Positions 36,938 to 50,057 of a stretch of 64,000 nt of DNA are shown here, piece by piece. Every line of letters starts with the position of its first letter. The stretch's first letter is position 1. Source of the DNA: Chiloscyllium plagiosum (Eukaryota); the NCBI RefSeq assembly GCF_004010195.1, contig NC_057718.1, forward strand, positions 92,887,404 through 92,951,403. The letters run 5' to 3'. A program made the position numbers and the translations under genes. The notes below the pieces were generated by a model. That model searched no databases and had not been told where the DNA came from. It worked only from the letters and a program-made list of their open reading frames with translations.

Positions 36938-39900
36938 ATACGTGACCAAAGAAATAAAAAGAAATCTAACCTGCCAAATTAATGCACAATAGAGTGCTTG
37001 ATGTTGACATGCAGGCTAAAGGTGAAAGATATTTCACTCCTTTACAATAATTATGTTTCAGGAAACTTGATACAAGTTTGTTGCTGCTTTAATAAGTTGA
37101 AATTGATCACCTCACAGTATTTCACTGGAGGTTTATAATTAGTATATTCTTATCCGAAATAAGGGCATGAAAATTCCCTTTATATTTGAGTGGCATCCCT
37201 TACTTGTGGAAAATGTTGTAGGATATTACTATCAAATGTCAATGTTGATGAAAATGTCAAGGATAAATGGAAACTATACAAAGGGTGGAATCTTCAAGAT
37301 GCCAAGACCAGAAATGATTTATGATGCTGTTCTACATGAGTGTGATAAACCTTCATGTGGATTTATGTAATTGTGTAGGACATTATTAATCATTCTATCC
37401 ATATTTCAGTCTCCACAAAACCCTGCCCATGGAACAGCCTCAAATCATGAGTTTCTTTTGTTTCCATAGCACATATACCTTTCTCCGTAATTGACTACTG
37501 GCTTGCCTCCTTAACCTAACATAATGCTGGTGCATTAATACTATAGCAACTGGTTGTTGTATGGAAAGTAATGTAACTCAGCACAGATAATAAAATACTC
37601 AGGTATGGCTTGTCATTGGAGTAGGACAGAGATTTCTAATTGGGATGTTACCACTAGTAAAAAAAAGTTCCAATATGAATAAAAAAATGAGATTATAATT
37701 GCTAATCCCATTGTATTGCTCCCAGCATCAATCATAGAAATTGTATCTTTTGCTTTCTGGTTCTCAAATGTCTTTAAATTTAAATATTTTTGCTTAGCTG
37801 GGAAATGATATTCTGCAGTCTGGAAATAATGTGGCACCTGTAAGATTGGTTATCACATTAAGCACTTTAGAAATTCTTGTAAGTGATTCATAGCTTGAAA
37901 CAATCCATCAATTCTGGTTGCCAAAAGGTAATTAATATTTGGTTAAATTGAAATACTCTAGTGCAACAAAGAAAGAATCATAGAACATGGCCTCGCAAGT
38001 GCGTAAAAATCTTGGCACTTGGACAACTTTCCTTCAGCTCATGGTTCACTTCAAGTTCTTTGCAGAATTATGATAACAGTTCGAGATACTGCTGTGATGA
38101 GTGATTGAATAGTTGCTAAAGCATTCACTAAAATGACGCGAATCAAGCACGGCTGAATTGGTTTACAAGTATGATGAGACTTGCATCAGACTTGTAATAT
38201 GATTCCCACCTTGAAACAGGTAGAATATGACCAAACATGTGTGTTAGACCAAACAGATTCCTCTTTTCTACTCAGTAGTTCAAATAAAATTCCTTATATG
38301 TTGCTACAACCAAGTGAGGGGGTAAATCAGCTCCCCTCAGTTGATCGAATTAAGTATGTTATTTCTTTTTTAGCACACAACCATATCACATTTCAAGTAA
38401 GATATAGTTGTCAAAATCAAGATACCAATTAGAGGATTTTCATAAAATAAAGGAATTTTATTACCTACTAACCCAGAGACAAATACTAAATTACTTTTTC
38501 CAATACATATTGGAAGACAGGTATAAAGTTTTAAAAAGGGAAATAATGTCCAGTACAATAGGAAAATAATAAATATGCATCTTAAAATGCTTTTAGAAAC
38601 CTTGAGTTATTATAGTTGAACCTGAGACCAAGCTGTTTAATTGCTGTTTTATTTCCTCAATAGTAGCAAGATTGTATTTATCCTGGAGTTTCCTGTGAAT
38701 GGATTTTTATTTTTCCTGATTTGATATGAGCTTTTGAAATTTTGAAAAGGGAACAAGGAGGCAGTCTTCTAATCATTGCTGCTACTAATCCATTTGCTTT
38801 CCCTCTTTGTGATGACCTACGAAGCAGTTAAGTTCATCTGTGTATTCTTGAGTTTGAATCTGCTTTCTCTCTAGTTTGGACCATTGCAGACAACCCTTAC
38901 TTGTCAATGTGTGCAACTTCACATACAAATGCAAATTAAAGTAGAGAACATGAGTTTCTTGACTCCTGACTCAGCCTGATGGTTTTGATATATTTAGAGT
39001 AAATGGTTATCTCATTTCAATCAGTTTAATTTACTACACATTGGTTTCCTAAACTTTCCTTAAACTGTGGTCAGGTGATCACTGCAGCCATGTTCTTTCA
39101 CTTCAGAAGGACTCAGATATTAAAATCAGACAGTGGAAGGTGAAAATTTACTGTCTATATTTTACAACAATTGTGAGAAGCTTTAGTTGTTGGGTCCATG
39201 CATCATTGTGTACTCTTGTGTATGTTTGATTTTGAAAATACAAGCATACATTTCAAACACATTGAAGGGCACCATTTGTTCACAATAAGATAGGAATGTT
39301 ACTAAACAGGAGTGACCAGTTTACGAGCAGGACTTGCCAAAACTGAAGTAAAGCTGACAGCTTCTGTCCATCGGCCTTTACCTAAATGTACAAATGCAGA
39401 TGTATCCTGCACCACATAGGTCAATACTTTTCACAGCAATCGACCAATTTGCTTCAGGTAGTGCTTTGTGAATCGAAAGGAGGGAAACAAAAATGACCTG
39501 TAAGCATTTCCTAGGTGGTCCAGTGAAAGGCCTGAGATCATACTATATGTATGCCAGGCAATGGTTGTACTTGTACTGCTGAAAATGTGAAGTCAAAGCA
39601 AAGTACTGTGGAGGTGGTCTCACACCACTTCATTTCAACTCAGGCAAGTTCTTGCTTGCATCAGACCACATATTCTGCAGCAGTTCAAACCGACAATGCT
39701 TTGTGTGGCACAAGAAAACATAACGCATAGAATAAGCTACTTCGCACAAAGCATTTTGAATTTTAGTGGCAAAATATCATTTGCTATCTTATCCACTTTA
39801 ACTGATATGGAATCATCTACATGATTCTCCCATTGTGATAAGAAGTATCAATTCTTTACTTCCTACTCCAGCTACCAATAACTGAACGAATGTCTTGAAT

Positions 39901-40341
39901 GTCAGATTAAAAATAGAAAAGCTTCATGATACAAACACTTGCTGAGATTTTGTCTAGGTCACCGCAGTGTTAAAATAACGCTGATTTGAAAGGTGCAGCT
40001 TTTGTTGCACAATATTTGAGAGTGAAGGCATGATCATATTTGTCTGTTAAAAAATGTAAAAACACCAGAGTTAAGCATTCATTATTATTACCTGATGATG
40101 GTAGCATCATGAACAAAATGTCATTTTTTTTCCTAAAACTGTATATGTACTGGGTTTTATAAAGAAAAATGATGGTACTTCAATGCTTCATCTAGTAGTG
40201 TGCCAACAAATTAGGCATGACTCACTTACATTTGTTCCCTGACAGAAAAGAGAGGACTTGTATTGATATGCCATTTTTCACAAACTTTGTGCTTTACAGT
40301 CAGCAAAGTATTTTGAATATGGCAGCTAATTTGCACACAGT

Positions 40342-41000
40342 ACGAACATAAGAAATAGGAGCAGGATTCGGCCATCTGGGTGGTTGAGCCTACTTTGTTA
40401 TTCAATAGGATCATGGCTGATCTTTTCCTGCACTCAGCTCCTCATACCCAGCCGCTCACCAATACCCTTAATTCCTTTTACCGTTCAAAAATCTATCTTC
40501 ACCTTAAAAACATTTAACGAGGTGCCTCAACTGTTTCATTGGGCAGGCAACTCCACAGATTCACAGCGCTTAGGGTGACCAAGTTCTTCCTCAACTCAGT
40601 CCTAAATATAAGTCCCATAAGTATCAGTGAGATGACTGAAACATGGACACATAGAAAATGGAACAGGAGTAGGACATTTGGCCCTTCGAGCCCGCTCCAC
40701 CATTCAATATGATCATGGCTGATCATCCAACTGAGCACCCTATTCCCACTTCCTCCCCAAACTCTTTAATCCCTATGAACTATATTTAACTCCTTCTTGA
40801 AGACATTCCGTTTTTGGATTTCACAGGCTCACCGCTCTGTGGGCGGAGAAATCTTTCCTCATCTCAGTCCTAAATCGCCTACCCTGTATCCTTACGCTGT
40901 GACCCCCAGTTCCGGACTCCCCAGTCATCGGGAACATCCTTCCTGTGTTTACTGTGTCTAGTTCTGTTAAAGTTTTATCGGTTTCTGTGTAATTCCCCCC
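40342..41000 (-). mobile_element. Two adjacent CR1-type 3' ends
   Basis: Tails GAACATAAGAAATAGGAGCAGG (about 40345) and ACATAGAAAATGGAACAGGAGTAGG (about 40648); FRTEMRKDFSAHRAVSL. Confidence 0.85.
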
Positions 41001-41169
41001 CCTCCCACGCAACGGGAATTTCCAATGAGAATCATGTCCCCAGCTGCAGGAGAGATATTGGTTGCCATGGCTGCTTCCTTAAGAAGGCAAATGGGATTCA
41101 GGAGAACCAAGGCCAACAGCTAGCCCAAGAGCTGCAACAGTACTCTGTGGAGAATGAGCAGCACTTAGC

Positions 41170-41905
41170 TCAGGGATAGGTCACAGCTTCAGAGTTCCTC
41201 CGAATGTATGGGCTCCACAGGATGACCACAGCCTTTTTGGCTCTCACCCCATTTACTGGGATTGCAAGTTGCAGGTTCTGGGCTTCTCAGCACTCTGTGA
41301 CAGAACTCTGCCGAATGCTAAGGCTGAGAAGTGGGAGGTCATCCTTTTCTGTTGGCTGTGAAGGTGACAGCTGTTTTATGTGATGCTGTCCTTCCAGGGA
41401 GCGATAGGAGACCTGTGTGCGATCTCTCAGTCGTGTGCCCAACAAACCCACCAGGACAGTGACCCACGCCCTCGGAGCAAGATCATGCCAGTTGATTTCA
41501 GTTCCTGGTCACGTGGTCAGTGCTGTGGCCCAGGCAGTAAGATTTGGGAATGTAGCTGGCTTCTCCCTGATACAGGGTGCCATCAGCTGTACACAGGTGA
41601 CATTGACAGGGCTGTATCACAATGCTGCGGAATTCGACATCAGGAGTGGATTCCAATCCATTCATGGACAGGTGATCTGTGAGCACCATTACATCTTCCC
41701 TGCAGTGTGTGCCCACTCCCCTGGCAGCCTCCAACACTCCTACATGTTGGATCACTCTCAGATAATTGGTGCATTTCAGAGTTAAGGCTGGTTAGTGGAG
41801 GACAAAGGCTACCCATTATGATCTTGGCTGATGACCCTATTGGACGGTCCCCTAACTGATATGGAGCATAGATACAGATACAATGCTGCCCAGGTGTCGT
41901 TGGAG
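41170..41905 (+). mobile_element. Decayed PIF/Harbinger (HARBI1-like) DDE transposase
   Basis: Frameshifted pieces AVKVTA, SFQGAIGDLCAISQSCA, AGFSLIQGAISCTQV, RSGFQSIHGQVICEH, PGSLQHSYML and GWLVEDKGYPL*SWLMT...EHRYRYNAA follow Harbinger motif order (GAIDCTH, PGSxHD, GDxGYP). Confidence 0.85.
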
Positions 41906-42364
41906 ACAATCTTAATTTAGGAACAGGAAAATTGTGTGGCCTCGGTAGTTAAACAGTGACTAGGACGAGAGGGCTATATGTTTGAAGGAGTGTCAGCCAT
42001 GCTGTTTATGTACTGGTGAGCAGTATGGCTTTGTGACTGCTGTACCATGACATTGCCAGTGAGGGGCTTTGCCAGATGATTAACACTTGCCCAAGTGTAC
42101 AATGGCCTTTCAAAGATGACGAGGGACACTAGTCTTTCGGTGGATATCCATTCAATGGTCAATTGTTTGGGAACCAGCATGTGGTAGGAGGGGAATAGAA
42201 TTAGATGTTAGGGATGCCATACTGGTGGAGTAGATAATTAATGCAGCGTGTTTGGTCAAGAAAAAGTGAAAAATCTCACTAGACTTTGCGGTGAAAAGCC
42301 TCTAAACAACTCAAAACATCTCAGTCTTAGCCAAAAATATGAAAGATTCGGTCCATAGTTCCAA

Positions 42365-43440
42365 AGTCAGGACAGTGAGTGTCTTGATTATGATGTTGTT
42401 CCCTTATATCTGCCACCCTTGATGTTCCAGACAGTGATGGGTTTGCAAAGTGCTGTCTAAATGAGCCTTGGAAAATTTCTGCAATGCATCTTGTAGATTG
42501 TACACACAGCTGCTACTGAGTGACGGTGATGGAAGGAACAGATGTTTGTGGATGTGGTGCCAATCAAATGAGCTGCTTTGTCTTGGATGGTGTCAAATGT
42601 CTTGAGTGTTACTGGAGTTGCGTTCATCCAGGCAAGTGGGGAGGATTCCATCACATGCCTGGCTTGTGCCTTATAGCTATTGGACAGCCTTTGGGGAGTC
42701 AGATGGTGAGTTATGTGTTGCAGGGTTCCTAGCATCTGTCCTATTTTTATGGCTGCAGTACTTATTAAATAGCCCAGTTTAGTTTCTGGTCAATGGTAGC
42801 TCCCCAGATGTTGGGGGTTTCAGTGATAGTAACACTGTTGTATGTCAAGTGCTGGTGGTTAGATTGTCTCTTGTTGAGGATGGTGTATTGTCTGGCACTT
42901 CTGTGGTACCAGCATTATTTGCTACTGTCAGCCCAAGCCTGGATATTGTCCAGGTCTTGTTGCACTTGAACATGGACTGCTTCAGCATCTGAGGAGCTGT
43001 TAATGATACTGAAGAATGTGCAATCATTTGCAAATTTCTGCACTCTGACCTTGTGAAAGTGGAAAGTTCTTTGATGAAGCAACCAAATATGGTTGGGTCT
43101 AGGACAAAACCCCAAGAAACCCCTGCTAAGATGCCATGAAGCTAAAATGACTGACCTCCGCCAACCAAAACCATCTTCCTCTGTGCCAGGAGAGAATTCC
43201 TGGATTCCATTGAGTTTAGATTTGATGCCACACTCGGTCAAATGTGGTCTTGATGTCAATGGCAATTACTCTCACTTCACCTCTGAAATTCAACTATTTT
43301 GTCCATGTTTGAAACAAGACTCAAGGAAGATCAGGAGCTGAGTGATCCTGGTGAACCCAAACTGAGCATCATTATTGAGCAGATGAGCAATGAGCAGATT
43401 ATTGCTAATTAAGTACTGCTTGATAGCACTCTAGATGAAA
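42365..43440 (-). mobile_element. LINE family 2 (CR1/L2 group) RT fragment
   Basis: KFANDCTFF...QQDLDNIQAWAD and YKAQARHVMESSPLAWMNA...FDTIQDKAAHLIG. Confidence 0.85.
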
Positions 43441-44089
43441 GTGGGGGCTGTTGTATGTGCATCTTGCTTTTTAAGAGAACACACCTTTAAAACCTCATAC
43501 TGTGTATATAAAATGTGACTTTTCTTGTCAGCTAATCAGCTGTGGTTCTGTATGTTTTACAGCAGGAGGTGTGGAGCTCAAGTATCAGTGCACTTTCCCA
43601 AGTGGGTCATAACAGAAATGATTGAATATTAGATCAATACCATTAATATGACAGAGGTGGGAATAGATGGTGAGGGCGAAGGAAGTAGGACACATTAATG
43701 AAGCAATGAAGTTTACAGAGAGCAAAATTGAACCTCCATTTCCACATCGTCTTTTACAATCCCCAAGCTGTTCTAAAGCACTTCACAGCCAACCAAGCAT
43801 CCAGGAGTGCTCTATTCACCTGCTTCATATCATACAAGCTTGTAGGAAGTCCTCTGCACCCTTCATGAGAAATACAGATCTCCTCCTTTCTGCAATGGAT
43901 CCAGAATTGGTGAAATCAGAAGTCAGTGAATTCAGCATTGCCTGGAATTGAGCAAAATGTTGTCTTGCTGATTTATATATCCAACTGAAGAAAGCATTCC
44001 TGCTCATTAATACCATCGTGAAATCATTTGTATCTGATTTAGTTCAGGCCTTGGTTTAATATTCTATGTGAAATGACAAACGACAATGC

Positions 44090-44325
44090 TCTGGGGGATA
44101 TGGGTACATGGTAAAATTCAATCAAAACTCTGGAATGAAGAGGTGTGTTGTATATCCAGCTCATTTACTAATGTGCTTTAGGGAGGGAATCTGTCATCTA
44201 GTCTGGTCCTCCATGTGACTCCAGGACCACAGCAATGTGGTTGGCTCCTGGGTAATTCGGAATGGCCAATCAATGTTGCCTAGCCAGTGACATTCCCCCC
44301 CCTCCCCCTGACAAATGAATTAGGA
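44090..44325 (+). mobile_element. SINE family 2, diverged
   Basis: TTTACTAATGTGCTTTAGGGAGGGAATCTG...ATGTGACTCCAGGACCACAGCAATGTGGTTG...CCTAGCCAGTGAC. Confidence 0.7.
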
Positions 44326-44357
44326 AGAAACATATGTGCCTGAGATGACAAGCAGAA

Positions 44358-44675
44358 GATTAGATTCCCTACAATGTGGAAACAGGCCCTTAAGCGCAAC
44401 AAGTCCACACTAACCCTCTGAAGAGCAACCCGCCCAGATCCATTCCCCTACATTTACCTCTGACTAATGCACCTAACACTACAGGCAATTTAGCATGGCC
44501 AATTCACCTAACCTGCACATCTTTAGATTGTGGGAGGAAACCGGAGGTCCTGGGGGAAACCCACACAGACACTGGGAGAATGTGCATACTCCACACAGAC
44601 AGTCGCCCGAGGCTGGACTTGAACCTGGGACTCTGGTGCTGTGAGGCAGCAGTGCTAACCACTGAGCCACCATGC
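44358..44675 (-). mobile_element. HE1-type SINE
   Basis: Full reverse-complement copy with A and B boxes and LINE-like tail. Confidence 0.9.
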
Positions 44676-46094
44676 TAATGCCGAATGGCAATGACTTTTG
44701 ATATTTTCTAATCAACCTGTTCAGAGATGTTGTGATACACTTCCAGAGATAGGGACACTACCACATGAGCCCCCTTGCCATCAATTTAATTAACACTGAA
44801 ACAATTCACTTAGATGTTTCTATTAGAAAAAAAAAGTCACTTAAGCGGCATGTGAAGCAAGAATTTCATGGAAAACACATTTTCACTGAAAATGCACTAT
44901 TTGTTTCATTTAATTTAAGTTATTAGCAAAGTGAAGGATTACAAATTATAGAGAGAATGAAGTGTTTTATCAGAGTCCAAAGTTTATGACCTGGTCAATG
45001 GCAAATTATTTGCACTGATCATTGAGATGGTGCAAGCTCAAAATATTCACAGAAAAAGATTAACCCATTAGAGAATTCTTTATGAGTGGTTCCTTGAGGT
45101 ACAGATTGGCACTTTATGCATTGTTAAAATGACATGATTGTGTACTTGACTTATTTGAATAGATATACAGGTACTAGTGTGAAATGCAGTCCACAGTAAA
45201 TTGGTTATCCATTAATCACTTCAATTTTCTTTCAGCGAAAAAGTGCATCAATTGAGCAATTAGTGTATCCCTTTGAATTCAGTCTGACAAGACTAGCATT
45301 TATTGCCCTATCTCCTGAGTGCCCTCCAGCAGGTGGCTTCTCATCTCATTGAACAGGGTTGGCCCATGTGGTGCAAGGAGTCCAGTGGTGTTGGTAGGTT
45401 GGGAGTTCTGACATTTTGACCCAACAAAAGTGATGGAACTTCAAAGTTTAGCCCGGCTGGAATGGTTTGCATTTTGAAGATTTGGTTTGAAGTTTTGACT
45501 ATGTAGCTGCTGTTCATGAGGGCTTGAGAGGGAGGCTAGGAGTAGGGCAGGGACTGGTTATAGAACATTTTGCTGAAATCAACAATTTCAAGCCTTTGGA
45601 TATAAGCTAAAGTGAAGAGGCTGATATAAATAACCAACAGGTTAGCACACGTATGAAATGATTTGACTATTCTGACTTTATCGACTAATTTGTTTACATT
45701 GCATAGAGTGGAATTTCCCATTTTGGCAGTAGGGAGAGAGGGAGTGTAAAATAGGTGAGAATGGATGGAGAGCGAAATGTGGAGAATTGTACAGCAGGAA
45801 GCTAAATCTGTATTTCTTGTTTCACATCCTCACCCAAATGTAAAGCTCTGTGCATTATTTGCAGCATCAGCAATGTTCTATTTTATAAAGATTGAATTGG
45901 AGTATGATATATATTCAACAGCAACAAACTCACAACATGCCTGTAGGGTTGATTAATGTTAATTTTCGCTCCCACAAATGTGCAGTCAGATATCTTATGA
46001 AATAATTTTTCACATAACAAGGGTAATAAGTGCTGCACCAGAAATTTGACATTTGAACTGGGATGGGAAGACCAGTTCAGGGTTTCCATTAAAG

Positions 46095-46715
46095 TTTGGC
46101 AAGTTTGCCTTCATTGGTCAGAGCATTGCATACAGGTGTTGGGACATCATATTGTAGCTGTACATGACATTGGTGAGGCTACTGTACAGTTCTGGTCACC
46201 CTTCAACAGGAAAGCTGTTATTAAATTGGAAAGGGTGCAGAAAAGATTTACGAGGATGTTACTGGGCCTGGAGGATTTGAGTTAGAGGGGTGAGGCTAGA
46301 TAGGCTGTGGCTTTTTTTTCCTGGAGTGTAGGAGATTGAAGGGTGATCTTACAGCGGTCTATAAAATCATGAGGGGCATAGATAAGGTGAATTGCAAAGA
46401 TCTTTCCCTCGGCTAAGGGAGGTCAAAACTAGAGGGCATAATTTTAAGGAGTGAGGAGAATGATTTAAAAGGGACCCGAGGGGCAATTTTATCACATAGA
46501 GGGTGGTTTGCATGTGGAATGAACTTCCTGAGGAAATGGTAGATGCTGGTATAAGTACAACATTTGAAGACATTTGGACATGTACATGAATAGGAAAGGT
46601 TTAGAGGGATATATGGGCCAAATATAGGCAAATGGCACTGGTTTAGTTTGAGAAACCTGGTCAGCATGGGTGAATTAGACTGATGTCTGTTTCCAACCTG
46701 TATGACTCTTTGGTT
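46095..46715 (+). mobile_element. CR1-type LINE 3' fragment
   Basis: VQFWSPFNRKAVIKLERVQKRFTRMLLGLEDLS plus 3' UTR. Confidence 0.9.
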
Positions 46716-47076
46716 CTATTATAGTTGGCCTGAGTTGCAAACTTTCACCTCTGACTGTAAGATTCTACATCTGATGAATATACAACTTTCTACGGTAAAC
46801 ACATGGCTTGAGGTTCTGCAGGATATTTTAACTCAGAAGAGATGAGGTATAGACTTTGTTTGGAAGCCCACATGTCCCAGTTCCTCCCTGACAGTTTCAA
46901 ACTACTCACCCCCTCGAAAGTCAAGGTGAGGGGGGAATCACCAACTAGAATTAATATTCCACAATGTATACCCCATTCCACAATGATGTATACCATTGCA
47001 CCAATTGTAATGATATACAATTATACCATTGCAGCAGTCCTCTGACATGCAAAAGGCTTGCCAGCATATTATCAGG

Positions 47077-47173
47077 AACAAAAATAGACATTGTTAGAAA
47101 AACTCAGCAGGCCTAGCAGCATCTGTGGAGAGAAAGCAGAGTGAACATTTCCAGTCCAATGACCCTTGTTCAG
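47077..47173 (-). mobile_element. Family C PLE-type fragment beginning at a decayed hammerhead
   Basis: Minus strand CTGAACAAGGGTCATTGGACTGGAAATGTTCAC...CAGATGCTGCTAGGCCTGCTGAG. Confidence 0.65.
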
Positions 47174-47339
47174 GTGCTGTTATCAAAGCTTAGGCGCTCT
47201 TTTTCTTAAATTCTTTACCATGCTTTGATGGGGAAATAATTTTAGGGCACCAGGAAGACTTGTCAGTTCAAGATTATTGTATATTGTAAACAATCTGCTG
47301 ATTTGAAATTAAGATTGGTAATGACATTATGCCAGAAGT

Positions 47340-47512
47340 GTTGTCAGTAGCATTCTTTACTGTCCTAGGCTCAAGTCCCACTCCAGTGCTTGACCGAGTG
47401 TATGCTGCACTGCAAGAAGTATAATTTGTCTTTTCACATGGGATGTTAAACCAAGGCTGAATTGGATGTACAGGTAAATGATTTCATGATGGTATTGAAG
47501 AGGAACGACGTT
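47340..47512 (+). mobile_element. Ancient Deu-domain SINE-like remnant
   Basis: TCAAGTCCCACTCCAG...GCTGCACTG...GTCTTTTCACATGGGATGTTAAACCAAGGC resembles the SacSINE1/AmnSINE1 core (recalled, not aligned). Confidence 0.5.
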
Positions 47513-47629
47513 TTCCTCAGTTGAATATATAAGTCAGTGAGACGTTTTGTTCATCTCCAGTCTGTGCTGAGTTCAGTGATCCCTGAATTTCACCAATTCT
47601 GAATTCCGTGCCAAAAGGAGGATTATATT

Positions 47630-47929
47630 AGATTAGATTAGATTCCCTACAGTGTGGAAACAAGCCATTTGACCCAACTAGTCCACACCGACCCTCCGAA
47701 GAGTAACCCGCCCAGACCCATTTCCCTCTGACTAATGCACCCAACACTATTGGCAATTTAGCATGACCAATGCACCTGACCTGCACATCTTTGGACTATG
47801 GGAGGAAACCCATGCAGACACGGGGAGAATGTGCAAACTCCACACAGACAGTTACCCAAGGCTGTAATTAAACCCGGGTCCCTGGCGCTGTGAGGCAGCA
47901 TTACTAACCACTGAGCCACCGGGGTGCCC
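47630..47929 (-). mobile_element. HE1-type SINE
   Basis: (TTAGA)n tail and full body. Confidence 0.9.
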
Positions 47930-49375
47930 TTGGAGAGCTCTGTTTCTGAAGAGGGGTGGAGACCACTTCTTACAAGTCTGTATGACATGAACCAGGCCCA
48001 CAGTGCCATCCTGGTTTCAATGGCTGTGGAAAAGCCTGTGGCCTGTGGAGGATGATGTGGAAATGAAAGCCTTATTTTATTGTCTCTGAACTTGCTTCAT
48101 TATTATATCCTACTTCCTTTGGCCTCACCATCCACTCCCACTTCTGTCATATTAATAGTAATGGTCTAATATTCAACCATTTTGTGTCATGATCCACTGG
48201 GTCTAGTATATTGTCAGTTCAGTTGTATTACAACTACGCCACCACCTCCCCTCAAGTATATTGTGATAGCCCAAGTGTTTGTCATTTATCATGCAATGTT
48301 TCTGGAGCTGCTCCAATATTTGAAAGCAGCTTAAAACAACTTTATATATTTATTTTAAGGTTTTGCCTATGAGATTTCTGGGTTGCAGTGATTAACTGAA
48401 GTTACTGTTTGCACACGCCCCTAATTTAATTCTGTGAAAAGCTGGATTCCAATATGTTGGTTCACTTCTGATGCTGATTGATCAAACATAAAAGATGTAA
48501 CCCTTTCATGACGTTAAGGAATCCTAATACATAAAATGATGTGCATTCTTTGTTGTATTACAGGAGTCCTAGAGTAACCCAACTAATTGCACATAGTAAG
48601 CTCCACATACAGAAGTCTGACTTTTTTTTCAACATGTTCTTTGAGAGGTACATGTTTGATTGTATTCCCCTGTGTGGGTTCTTTGCACATTGACACACAC
48701 TCAGGCCAGACTTCTTCGGAAATGATTATCCACATTTATTGCTACACTGGTGCATGAAGGCTTTGAGTTTTTCTGGATCCAACTTCATCTTGAAATAGTG
48801 CATGTTCTTTCATAGTTCAGGTGGAAGCATGTTGCTGGTGCAGAACAGAGGGGTATTTTTACAGCGTTTGACAGTGCTGGGCTTAAATTCAAACTGATAC
48901 TGTGTGTAAACAGAACCTCTAGTCACTGTCTGCAGACACCAGCTTCCACCTTACACAGAAAGCTTGGTAAATATTTTACTTGTTTATCTTATCTTTTAAA
49001 ACTCAGGCAATTTATTACGAATTGCAAAGTTTAAATTGTATTAGCGAAGCTTGTGGGCATTAATAAATCTTCTTGGGTGCACTGGGATTTATTAATTATA
49101 AATGAATTACTTAACTTCAATTAATTAGAATGCAATAAAGATGACAAGGTAGGTGAAATATTGCAATTGCAGGATGTGGGTGCTGCTGGATGCCAGTGGA
49201 ATCTGAATGGAAAGTGTTGAGTGTTTGCAGCATAAGAAGCTGTGGCTATGAATTGAATACTGAATTGCAGACGCTTAAAGTCACATCAAGGATGGGAAAA
49301 GTTACTTGCATACTTTATCCCTGGAGGTGATCGTGGCTCTGAGAATAGGTTCTGCTGATTTATTCAGTGGGAGAA

Positions 49376-49480
49376 ATTCCTGATGAAAGGCTCATGCCTG
49401 ATTCGTCGATTCTTCTGCTCCTTGGATGCTGCCTGACATGCTGTGCTTTTCCAGCACCAGACATTTCGACTCTGATCTCG
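49376..49480 (+). mobile_element. Short family B PLE-type insertion starting at the hammerhead
   Basis: ATTC CTGATGA AAGGCTCATGCCT GATT CGTC GATTC...GACTCTGATCTC; the GAAA box is mutated. Confidence 0.8.
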
Positions 49481-50057
49481 TCAGTGGTCAGGGGCAGGAA
49501 GGTATGACTGAGGTGAGGCAATCAAGATAGATGTGAACTGAAATGCAACTCTCTCATCCAGTTTATTATACAAAAAAACCATCAGCGACCCTAATGACAA
49601 AGGATATGATGAACTTTACTGAATCATAGCTGCACTGAGAGTAGACTTCCAATATTTGTTAAGTGTAATAACAATTAAAAACCCACTCTTTAGAAATTGA
49701 TTTATACCTTGGAATTTATTGCACGGCCTTGCCCATTATATGTGCTGGAAGTTTTCCATTCATTTTCTGTGACATTAACTTACAGTGGCGTTGAAGAGGA
49801 TCAACCACAATCTTTTCACTCAGAGGTCATTTATAAACAGTTACATCTGCTTGTATTGTTTACGGTGCCATTTGAACTGGTCTAATTTTGGTCATTTGGC
49901 AGCTTATTGCATATATGTACCACCCTCTGCATGAAGAAGTTACCCTTTGGGTGCACTTGAAAAATTTCCCCTCTCACCTAATTGTGGTCCAGTTGTCTGC
50001 CACATGCGAATCCAACGTATCCCATATGCATTACATTATTTCACACAACAGATGAGA

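Noticed and set aside
39426..39510. Possible micro-exon TTCAG|GTAGTG...GACCT|GTAAGC
   Set aside because: All three frames contain a stop and there is no other support.
41170..41905. Host HARBI1 gene
   Set aside because: Frameshifts, stops and damaged catalytic motifs indicate a decayed transposon copy.
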